A stretch of DNA of 64,000 nucleotides, from contig JAEUQC010000023.1 of the NCBI GenBank assembly GCA_016789905.1, positions 2-64,001 on the forward strand, read 5' to 3'. The DNA comes from Bryobacterales bacterium (lineage in GTDB: Bacteria > Acidobacteriota > Terriglobia > Bryobacterales > Bryobacteraceae). This document shows, one piece after another, positions 1 to 7,792 of this stretch (position 1 is the first letter of the stretch; each line of letters starts with the position of its first letter). The position numbers and the translations under genes were made by a program. The notes beneath the pieces are model-generated. The model saw only the letters and a program-made list of their open reading frames with translations, did not search any database and had not been told where the DNA came from.

Positions 1-1223
1 GAAGCCGTTTCCAATTGCACGGCCGGCTCCTCCACAACGGCACTCGCGTCCGGTCCGCCTCCCAGTGCGGGCGGTTGCATTGGATCGTCGATCATGTCCG
101 GCTCGCCCAACAGATCCAAGAGTTCCAGCGGCGAAACAGCTTCCCATCGAACCACTGGCTCGCAGGGCGATTCCAGCAACTCAATGGGCGAGACAGACTC
201 CACCTCCACGGGGAGTTCCGTGGCTTCGGCGATCTCTTCTGGTCCGTTTTGCAGCACAGGCGATTGCACCGGTTCGTCGGTCGTAACGGCTGCGTCCGGC
301 TCACCCAACAAATCCGCGGGTTGCAACAGCGAACCGGTTTCCGACAATTCCAAGGGTTTCTCCATCACGTCACTCGCCTCGGGCTCGCCGAGTCGAGCAA
401 GCTTGGGTGTCGGTTCTTCTGCCACGCCATCCGTGTCCATCTCGCTGGGCAATTCTAAGAGACCCTTCGGAGAAGTCGTCTCCAGCAAAACCACTGGACC
501 ATCCTCTACAAGAGCACTCTCCGGTTCTTTCCCAAAATCCAGCCGTTCGATGGTCGAGGCCGCCTCTATCAGCAGCACTGGTTCAGCCACGGCAGCGGTC
601 CCTTCCGGCTCGGCCATTTGAATCGGCGCCGGGGACGTCCCTTCGGCCGCATTAGCCTCGTTCGGTACGCTGTCTTCCAGAGGGGACGCAGTCATCAATG
701 GCTCCGCCGTCCCGTGCGCCGCACCAATCGCCGCCGGCTCAATCAGAGCCTCCAGCGGAGCGTCAGTTTCCAGGGGTGCCGCCAAGGCATCCCCCTCCTC
801 GTGCTGCCTCGAAAGCGCATCCAACAGCTCCGAGATTTCATCGATGTCGGAAGCCTTTGCCTCACCCGGATCCACGGCAGGGTCTGTCACGGACGGAATG
901 ATCTCTGCTACCGCCTGCAATAGGTGGTAAACATCGTCGTCGCCGCTCGCCGGCGAGGGCTCCAAGGGGCTCCCCTCCGGCGGTGAGGCTGCCGAAACAG
1001 CAGGGTCCACAGCCGCCGCGTCCGGCGGTTCGGCTTCTGATTGTACTAATCGCTGCGATTCCAACCGGCGAGCTACACGGCTTAGCCGCTGAAGCAAGGC
1101 CGATAGATCTGGACGAGAGCCATGGCCGGGCGCCACAAGGCCTTCCGGCACCTCGCTCGACGTCAATGCCGGTTGCCCGGTCGCGCCGGCCGTTGGTTGA
1201 AGTTCCTTGGGGTCTTGTTGCAT
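1..1223 (-). CDS. Hypothetical acidic Glu/Pro/Ala-rich protein, N-terminal part only (runs off the window start)
   Basis: Absent from the ORF track because it has no stop in the window. Reading the reverse strand from ATG at 1223 (MQQDPKELQPTAGATGQPALTSSEVPEGL...), I checked every in-frame triplet down to base 3 and found no stop (~407 codons). It starts 57 nt after the CheY-like gene on the same strand. It has degenerate repeated LLGEPD and SP(I/L)ELL motifs and no recognisable domain. Confidence 0.55.
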   Translation of the reverse strand, partial: MQQDPKELQPTAGATGQPALTSSEVPEGLVAPGHGSRPDLSALLQRLSRVARRLESQRLVQSEAEPPDAAAVDPAVSAASPPEGSPLEPSPASGDDDVYHLLQAVAEIIPSVTDPAVDPGEAKASDIDEISELLDALSRQHEEGDALAAPLETDAPLEALIEPAAIGAAHGTAEPLMTASPLEDSVPNEANAAEGTSPAPIQMAEPEGTAAVAEPVLLIEAASTIERLDFGKEPESALVEDGPVVLLETTSPKGLLELPSEMDTDGVAEEPTPKLARLGEPEASDVMEKPLELSETGSLLQPADLLGEPDAAVTTDEPVQSPVLQNGPEEIAEATELPVEVESVSPIELLESPCEPVVRWEAVSPLELLDLLGEPDMIDDPMQPPALGGGPDASAVVEEPAVQLETA

Positions 1224-1280
1224 CTTCACCTGTCCTCGTGCCTACTTGATGTGGGTTGACTCAACGCTCGGCCGACGCCA

Positions 1281-1643
1281 TCAGGCGTATTTGGAGACCA
1301 GTTCCGCCAGATCTTCCGCGCGGTACGGCTTCGTCAGGTATCCGTCAGCGCCCTGTTTCAATCCCCAGAACCGGTCCGATTCCTGATTCTTGCTCGTAAC
1401 CAGCACCACACGGATATCCTTCGTCGCCGGTGTCGTCTTGATCTGACGGCACACCTGGTAACCGTTCTTTTTCGGCATCACTACGTCCAGCAGCACCATG
1501 TCCGGCCGAGAGGCCGCTATCTTGGCGAATGCCTCTTCTCCGTCTGTTGCCGTAATGACGTTGTACCCCTTGTTGTGAAGCGTCGCCATCATTAGCTTCA
1601 GTTCCGTCGGGCTGTCATCGACGATGAGGATTGTTTTTGACAT
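1281..1643 (-). CDS. Single-domain CheY-like response regulator, PilH/PilG-type
   Basis: 120-aa ORF. Receiver signatures are ILIVDDSPTE, the phospho-acceptor Asp in VLLDVVMP, LVTSK, and DRFWGLKQGADGYLTKP. The last motif is typical of twitching-motility PilG/PilH regulators. Confidence 0.9.
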   Translation of the reverse strand: MSKTILIVDDSPTELKLMMATLHNKGYNVITATDGEEAFAKIAASRPDMVLLDVVMPKKNGYQVCRQIKTTPATKDIRVVLVTSKNQESDRFWGLKQGADGYLTKPYRAEDLAELVSKYA

Positions 1644-1693
1644 CTCTTTTCTCCTTACGTTGGGTTTGACCGTCTAACGCGGACGGCTAATTA

Positions 1694-3640
1694 CTAGCGC
1701 TTTTTGAATACGTGGCCACGAACTACGTTCAATAGTTGTTCCGGCTTGAACGGCTTGTGCAGGTAGTCGGAAGCTCCCGCCAATTTGCCGACAACTTTGT
1801 CGATCAGGTCACCGTTACCGGACACCATCACCACCGGTATGGACTTCGTCTCCCGGTCCGCGCGGATCAACCGGCAGACATCGTAGCCATCCATCATCGG
1901 CATCGTCACATCCAGTAGCACTACCGACGGTTTCTGCGCCTTCATCGCCGGCATCACTTCCCAGGAATTCCCAACCGGAACCGGCAGGAATCCGTCGTTG
2001 CCCAACAACCGGACTAGTACGTCCCGGATCGTTGCGCTATCGTCCACCACCATCACCACAGGCCGGCGCAGAAACGCTGCCATGCGGTCAAGCGCATACG
2101 TCGAAGCTTTCAGGTCCAGCATCGCCGCCCGCTCCAGATGCTGCTTCGCATAATGAAAACGGTGGAGGTTCGCATTCGCCAGCGCGAGCCGAAGCTCACC
2201 CCACACTGTATATGGCTCCGCTCGCAGCCTCTCCACCAACCCGTGAAGCAACTCTACGTCGGCGCTGCGGTTGAGGACATAATCCATCGGTTTTTCCGGC
2301 CAGATCGATGATCTGCACGAGCCGCACCGCTCCGCATTCCGCATCGGCGCCTCGCACAAAGGGCACAATACTTCCGGCTCCGCTTCCGCCTTCACGATCT
2401 GCGGCGGAGCTTCCGCAGCGGGTGAGAAGCCTGACGAAGGGACCATCGTCATTGGGGCAATCTCTGCCGGCGTCACCGGCGTGCCTAATGAAGCCTCGCT
2501 TAACGCCGGTTTCGGTCCCGGAAGCGCGGCATACCGGTCATCCGGCTCCATGGACGGCGTACTTAGCATTGAAACCGGCGCCGGGGGTAGAGTCGTGATC
2601 TTCCTCGGCGAAACACTTTCGCTCGCCCCAGCTTCCCAGGATTCTGCATGGACCGCCTCTCCGGCTTGGGTCACAGGCCCGCCAAGATCCAAAGCTGGCA
2701 AAGGAATTCTCGCTGCGGACGGCGCCGCAATCGGCTCAGTCGCTTTCAACACTGGTTCCGGTTGCGCCCCATCACATATTCGTCCGGTCAGTGCCTCTTC
2801 ATCGAAGCGCAGTATCGTAACCGTCACGCTGCCGTCGTTGCCCACTACTGGCGGCGGTCCCGGCACTTCCACGTACCGCGACTCCGGTCCTATCTCTGGC
2901 ACCGCTAGAAGGTCCACCGGCGGCGGCGGCAACGTCACCACGCGACTGGGCTTCAAGTTCTCAAACCGTCGCGTCTCCGGCGTTTCCAGCGCGGTGAACT
3001 GCTGTGCCGGTGCCATCGTATCGCCCATTTCCAGGGCCGGCTCCGCAATCCTTGCGTCGCTCGAAACCACAGCTACAACGTCGGGCGGCGGCATCGTCGA
3101 TGACACCACCACGTTCTCCAACTTTACGGGCACCGCATCCAGTGCTTCAGGACGCCCAAGGTTAACCATCGGAGCCAGCACCAGCGCTGTGCAATGCGCT
3201 TCTGGTTCCGCCGCCTCCACCTTCGGCACTTCCGGCGCCTCCGCTACCGGTGCGAACAGCGGGGGAAACGCCGTGGCCGCCCGAACCGGCTCAATGGCTG
3301 GTGCGGCGGTTTGGCTTGGGGCAGGAACCTCCCGCGGCGGGATATTCTCTGGCTGCATCCTTCGCTGCCAATCCAACGCCGCCTGATTCGCCGGGTTGAT
3401 GCGCAAAACCTGTTTCAAACACGCGGTTCGCTCTTGTGCATTTCGCGCCACCGACGCCAGTAGAAACCATCCCGCCTCACTCCCCGTATTTTGCCGACAG
3501 ATCGTCACCAGCAACTTTCTGGCACCCATTAAGTCGCCGGATTTCTTGAGGGCAATCGCCCTTCGTAAAGAGTTCACTTCTTCTCGATCGCTGCTGTTCT
3601 GGATCGGATTCTGGATCAACTCCATGGTGGCCACGGTCAT
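1694..3640 (-). CDS. Multidomain response regulator: N-terminal TPR-like region, Pro-rich repeat region, CxxC..CxxC zinc ribbon, C-terminal receiver domain
   Basis: 648-aa ORF. The C-terminus (VVMVVDDSATIRD...VLLDVTMPMMDGY...VVMVSG...YLHKPF) is a receiver domain. CPLCEAPMRNAERCGSCRS is a zinc-ribbon motif. It has two internal ~33-aa repeats: RVVTLPPPPVDLLAVPEIGPESRYVEVPGPPP and RKITTLPPAPVSMLSTPSMEPDDRYAALPGPKP. Confidence 0.85.
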   Translation of the reverse strand: MTVATMELIQNPIQNSSDREEVNSLRRAIALKKSGDLMGARKLLVTICRQNTGSEAGWFLLASVARNAQERTACLKQVLRINPANQAALDWQRRMQPENIPPREVPAPSQTAAPAIEPVRAATAFPPLFAPVAEAPEVPKVEAAEPEAHCTALVLAPMVNLGRPEALDAVPVKLENVVVSSTMPPPDVVAVVSSDARIAEPALEMGDTMAPAQQFTALETPETRRFENLKPSRVVTLPPPPVDLLAVPEIGPESRYVEVPGPPPVVGNDGSVTVTILRFDEEALTGRICDGAQPEPVLKATEPIAAPSAARIPLPALDLGGPVTQAGEAVHAESWEAGASESVSPRKITTLPPAPVSMLSTPSMEPDDRYAALPGPKPALSEASLGTPVTPAEIAPMTMVPSSGFSPAAEAPPQIVKAEAEPEVLCPLCEAPMRNAERCGSCRSSIWPEKPMDYVLNRSADVELLHGLVERLRAEPYTVWGELRLALANANLHRFHYAKQHLERAAMLDLKASTYALDRMAAFLRRPVVMVVDDSATIRDVLVRLLGNDGFLPVPVGNSWEVMPAMKAQKPSVVLLDVTMPMMDGYDVCRLIRADRETKSIPVVMVSGNGDLIDKVVGKLAGASDYLHKPFKPEQLLNVVRGHVFKKR

Positions 3641-4110
3641 ACGCCTCGACTGAGTTTGGAATCAACTGCTGACTACTCGGTCGCTCGTACGGACTAGGTA
3701 CGGAGCGAGGGCTCCTCCGCCGCGATCTCTCTTGGCGGGCCTTCGCAATGCACGGAACCACAGGTTCCGACTTACGCCGGCAAAGGACGGAAATACTTGA
3801 TGCCCCAGTAATCGACGGCCTAAGGCGCGAACATTAGCGTTGTCTGCTGTTTTTCGCGTATTTCCACTGTAGCCACCGGCGCTTCGCCTTTTGTTCGTAC
3901 TTCTCGCGCGAACATTCGTTCCGATTGCCTATTGGTCGCATCAGGGCGCCATAACCCGTAGGCGTGGGCAATCGAGACGCACCGCGGCCTTCGTCGGTCT
4001 AGTGATCGCGTGCATCCGCCCTGCGACCCGGCCGCGCAAAATAAAACTCAAGATTGGGGGGCGGCTCAGTTCCGTGAAGGATGGAAACCGAGAGCACCCA
4101 TACAAAGCGA

Positions 4111-5172
4111 CTAATCCACCTGTTCCAAAATCGCGAAATCGCCCGGATTCCAGGCTTGCGCGATCACGTAAAGCTTCTTGCCAACCTTCCGAATCACGGC
4201 GTTATGAATGTGCTGAAAGTTTGTCAGCCCCAACTCTTCCTTCGCCATGATGGTGGAGACGACCTTATCCTTTTCCAGGATATAGATCGGCGCGCCTTTC
4301 GTCCGGTCCGGGCCATGCAAAGCGCCCACGACCATGTATTGGCCGTCGTAGTAGGTGTCGCAAGGGAAAGACCCTTTAGGCAGGGAAACCGTCTCCAGAT
4401 ACTTGCCTTCCGGAGTAAACCGGTCGATTTCCGAATTCGGGCGATCCGCGATATCGATCCGCTTCTTGCCCTGCGGAACCGTGACGCCATGCCCCGTGCC
4501 GAATTGTCCAACTCCCGTCCCGCGCCCGCCAAATGCCAGCTTGTTCCAGGTCGCTTCGAAGTTCGCGCCCGGCGTGACCTTCGCCGTCAATACATAGTCG
4601 AGTTTCGAATAGCCGGTGGGAATGTAGAACATCCCATTCAGGTACTCAACGTCAGTAGGGATGAACGGCCCGTTCCCCTTGAAATAGGTGTTCGCGGTCT
4701 CGTTGCCCAGGTCAGTATCCGCCGTCGGCGGTTTCAGGGTGTGCACCAGCGTCCCGTCCAGCTTGGTCGTAAACACCCGGTTGGCCGCGTTGGCCGGGAA
4801 CGTAAGATAGGTTTCGTCTTTCGCGGACCACAACATGGCGTTATGCATGTTGGTGCCCTTCATCTCTTCCGCCGTCGGCAGCAGCTTCACCTGCTTCAGA
4901 TCCGCGCTAATCTGCAGAATCCCCGCGCCGGGCAGCGCGAAGTAGGTCTCGCCGTGACCCTTGCGACGATCCACGGCAAAACCGCCGTGTGCCGCCTTCA
5001 ACACCTTCTGCGCCTCAGCGGGCAGGTGCGTCGATGAATGCAGCACGCGGAAGCGCAGCTTTCCTTGTCCGCTCGTCTTTTCGCCGGTCGACTGACTGGC
5101 CGGCATCATGGCAGCCACACAGGATAGGGCGATCAAGGTAAGAAACACTGGCGTGATCGGCGATCGTTTCAT
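4111..5172 (-). CDS. Secreted beta-propeller protein, NHL-repeat-like
   Basis: The track ORF is 4111..5229. I prefer ATG 5172 because MKRSPITPVFLTLIALSCVAAMM is a signal peptide. The GRGTGVGQFGTGHGVTV motif resembles an NHL repeat. It lies 40 nt downstream of the preceding minus-strand gene. Confidence 0.6.
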   Translation of the reverse strand: MKRSPITPVFLTLIALSCVAAMMPASQSTGEKTSGQGKLRFRVLHSSTHLPAEAQKVLKAAHGGFAVDRRKGHGETYFALPGAGILQISADLKQVKLLPTAEEMKGTNMHNAMLWSAKDETYLTFPANAANRVFTTKLDGTLVHTLKPPTADTDLGNETANTYFKGNGPFIPTDVEYLNGMFYIPTGYSKLDYVLTAKVTPGANFEATWNKLAFGGRGTGVGQFGTGHGVTVPQGKKRIDIADRPNSEIDRFTPEGKYLETVSLPKGSFPCDTYYDGQYMVVGALHGPDRTKGAPIYILEKDKVVSTIMAKEELGLTNFQHIHNAVIRKVGKKLYVIAQAWNPGDFAILEQVD

Positions 5173-5212
5173 AGATCCCGCTATTCTACTTCGTTTCGCC
5201 TCGCCGCGGCGG

Positions 5213-6988
5213 CTAACTGTCGATTCCAAGTTTCCGCCTCCCCTCCGGCGTCATCCGGTTCACCGTCCAACCCGGCTCCCACGTCTGCTCCACCACCACC
5301 TTCCGCACACCCGGCACCTTCATCAATTCAGTCCGTACCGGTGTACTGTTCCCCCCGGACCCATAGGTAAAGAAGCCCAGCCGCGGCCGTCCGCGATGGG
5401 GCATCGCCATCAGTACATACACCACATCGCCTTCCACCCGCAGGTCGTAGACCAACCCCAAATCGACGACGCTGGTATCGGTTACATACAACTGCTCGTC
5501 CTTGCAGCCGCGCAGCGCGGCCCACAGCGCCTTCTTCGAAATCGGGCTGTCACCGGCCTCTCCGGCCCGGGCCAGCCGCCCGCTCTGCTGGGCCGCCGCG
5601 CCCGTACGCGGCAGTTCACCAGCCGAAACCGCATACGGATTCACCAAGCGATGACGCAATTCTTCCAACCGCCTCGATCCCCCCGCCGCATCGTAGGCAA
5701 TCGCCGCATACGCGTTTTTTTGGCGCAGCACGGCTCCGGCCGGCATAGTGGCCCCGCGCGCCAGCGGATACCGGCTCCAACAGTGCCCGTGCCATCGATA
5801 GAACATCAGCGGATTCGCATTGTGCCGCAGCGGCGGCACCCCCTCCCCGCGGTGCTCCAAAAACAAACCCACAAACGAATCCCGGCTGCCTGGGTTGCAG
5901 AACCCAATCGCCCACACATCGTCAGTCAACTTCGGATCCACCGGTCCGGTTCGCATCTTCCCATCCGGCCCCATCCATAGCAGATCAGTAAACGATTGCC
6001 CGGAAAACACCCATTCATCGTCCCGCAGAGCGTCGATCTCTACGTCCTTCGTCGCGGTCATCGCACCGATCTTATGAAACCACGGCAACCCCGCATAAAA
6101 TCGATACTCCACGTCCACATTCACCCGCGCGGGCGAAAACACGGGATGCACTGGCGAGTACGGAAAGCCCCATCGTCGCACCATCGTGCAGAGCGGTCCG
6201 CGAACAACTTCATAGTCCGGGCAGGTTTCCCACAATGTGATCCGCAGCTTCTGTATACGGCCCGCCGTTACGTAGTCGTGCGCCCAATCGATCCCCGGCG
6301 GCTCGCCGTGCCCTTCCCCGCCCGCAAACAGTTCCAGCCCGTGCTCCCGTTTCAGCGTCATCCGCTCCAACTGCCCCATCTGGCGCGACAGCGAGGCGCG
6401 GAAGAAGTCGTTCTCAATGTCCAGCGCGAATCCCTCGCCGCGCGTCTCCAGGTCACTGGCATACCGCGGCAGCTCAGCATCCTCATTCCCGTACAAAATC
6501 AAATAGGTGTGCCGCTGGTGCGCTGCGCCGCTCGCCATGAAAAGCACTTGGCACAGCCGTTCTTCCCCGCGCCGGACTTCATGGTAAACCTGCGACGGCA
6601 CTTCTCGCAGTTCCCCGCTCGTCACCCGCGCCACGCGGACCTCCCGCCCTAGCGAACTTGCATGCCCCGCGGGAACCCTCAGCGTGATCTCCACCGGTTC
6701 GGGCGGCCGGCTCACCCCCGCCGGCTCGTCGAGCGTCACCGTCTGATAATGCTGCCACCCCTTCGCCCACGCACGCCACCCCGCCGGTAACGTATCCACC
6801 GCGTCCTCTCGCCCGGCCAGCGGCGTCCCGGGCCGGTCCTCTTCCGCCTGCGCCTGCGCCAGCGTGTTTCGCACCGAATGTGCCAGCGCGCGCGCCAGGC
6901 GGTAGTCTTTTCGTTTCCACGCGGCATCCAGCATCCGCATCTTCTCTTCGAAACTGTCCGTACGGTCCCAATACTTCGTCTCGCTCAT
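5213..6988 (-). CDS. Unknown ~590-aa cytoplasmic protein with C-terminal DUF59/MIP18-like domain (paralogue 1)
   Basis: The track ORF is 5213..7102. The start is set to ATG 6988 (MSETKYWDRTDSF) by alignment with the paralogue at 48132 (METSYWERTDSF) and to avoid overlap with gntR. The C-terminal VVDLGLVYDLRVEGDVVYVLMAMP...VVVEQTWEPGWTVNRMTPEGRRKLG matches the DUF59 pattern. The N-terminal ~480 aa were not recognised. Confidence 0.8.
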   Translation of the reverse strand: MSETKYWDRTDSFEEKMRMLDAAWKRKDYRLARALAHSVRNTLAQAQAEEDRPGTPLAGREDAVDTLPAGWRAWAKGWQHYQTVTLDEPAGVSRPPEPVEITLRVPAGHASSLGREVRVARVTSGELREVPSQVYHEVRRGEERLCQVLFMASGAAHQRHTYLILYGNEDAELPRYASDLETRGEGFALDIENDFFRASLSRQMGQLERMTLKREHGLELFAGGEGHGEPPGIDWAHDYVTAGRIQKLRITLWETCPDYEVVRGPLCTMVRRWGFPYSPVHPVFSPARVNVDVEYRFYAGLPWFHKIGAMTATKDVEIDALRDDEWVFSGQSFTDLLWMGPDGKMRTGPVDPKLTDDVWAIGFCNPGSRDSFVGLFLEHRGEGVPPLRHNANPLMFYRWHGHCWSRYPLARGATMPAGAVLRQKNAYAAIAYDAAGGSRRLEELRHRLVNPYAVSAGELPRTGAAAQQSGRLARAGEAGDSPISKKALWAALRGCKDEQLYVTDTSVVDLGLVYDLRVEGDVVYVLMAMPHRGRPRLGFFTYGSGGNSTPVRTELMKVPGVRKVVVEQTWEPGWTVNRMTPEGRRKLGIDS

Positions 6989-7022
6989 AGCCTCGCCGTC
7001 TGTCCTTTCCATTCGTGAATCG

Positions 7023-7667
7023 TCAGGTGCCGAACAACCGCAGCATCTGGTCGCGCGACACGTTAATGTGGTCCGCCATCGCCCGTCCCGCTTCCTGCAC
7101 ATTTCGAGCCTCTATGGCGCGGACAATCTCCCGGTGCGGCACCGGCCGCGTATCCCGCTGCGTCGACAACACATCCAACCGGTGCACGTACTGCAGCGTC
7201 CATTGCAGTTGCTCTATCACCCGCTGGTTCCCCGCAATCTCCCCCAACCGCATATGAAACCCCTGATTGCCCCGAAGGAATGCGTCCATTTCCAGTGCCG
7301 GACCGTCCTCCAGTACTACCATCTCCCGCAGCTCCCTCACCTCTTCCGCCGTTGCCCGTGCCACCGTCCGCTCCGCGTTGAAGCACTCCAGGATTTTGCG
7401 GTACTCATAGACCTCAATGATGTCCCGCACCGAAATCGGCGGCAGCACATACCCTTTGTGCCGGATCCGCTGAATCCATTTCTCCTGCGACAACAGATTG
7501 CATGCCTCCCGCACTGGTGTTCGCGATGTTTCGCATTTTCGCGCCAGTTCCACTTCGGAAAGGAAGTCCCCAGGGCGCATCACCCCGTTCAGTATCCAGG
7601 CTTTCAATAGAAAATAAACCCGCTCGACTTCGCCTTGGGGCTCCGGCAACAACTTGATGTTCGGCAT
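7023..7667 (-). CDS. GntR-family transcriptional regulator (FadR/FCD-type C-terminal domain)
   Basis: 214 aa. The winged-HTH signature is LSEVELARKCETSRTPVREACNLLSQEKWIQRIRHKGYVL, followed by a helical FCD-like domain. Confidence 0.9.
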   Translation of the reverse strand: MPNIKLLPEPQGEVERVYFLLKAWILNGVMRPGDFLSEVELARKCETSRTPVREACNLLSQEKWIQRIRHKGYVLPPISVRDIIEVYEYRKILECFNAERTVARATAEEVRELREMVVLEDGPALEMDAFLRGNQGFHMRLGEIAGNQRVIEQLQWTLQYVHRLDVLSTQRDTRPVPHREIVRAIEARNVQEAGRAMADHINVSRDQMLRLFGT

Positions 7668-7716
7668 AACCTACCATTGTCACGTGTCTGCTCCGGCCGC
7701 GTCGCCAGAATCACAT

Positions 7717-7767
7717 CGTATACCACTTTCGACAATTTCGTTGACTAGTGTATGCAATTGGTATACG
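7717..7767. promoter_or_regulatory. Candidate GntR operator: 9-bp inverted repeat CGTATACCA / TGGTATACG in the divergent intergenic region
   Basis: CGTATACCA at 7717-7725 and its exact reverse complement at 7759-7767. Each arm contains the GTATAC palindrome (GT-N-AC core typical of GntR operators). The repeat lies between the gntR start (7667) and the probable TBDR start (7793). Confidence 0.4.
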
Positions 7768-7792
7768 TTTAGGAATCGCATTGGAGGTTCCC

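Noticed and set aside
15-1249. Set of plus-strand ORFs at the window start (147, 175, 101, 88 aa and others)
   Set aside because: They are short, mutually overlapping and Ser/Arg/Pro-rich. The single uninterrupted reverse-strand frame (1..1223), placed in operon position after the CheY-like gene, explains the region better.
1224-1283. Possible read-through between the CheY-like gene and the acidic ORF (same reading frame)
   Set aside because: Besides the CheY stop (1281-1283), there is a second in-frame stop (TAG, plus-strand CTA at 1242-1244) before the ATG at 1223. They are therefore separate ORFs.
6989-7102. N-terminal extensions of track ORFs (5213..7102, 20374..20574, 51457..51573, 5173..5229, 48111..48131, 42493..42540)
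   Set aside because: The extensions overlap the neighbouring gene or the intergenic promoter region, are Arg/Cys-rich and lack signal-peptide logic. Internal ATGs give proper signal peptides or match the paralogue N-terminus.
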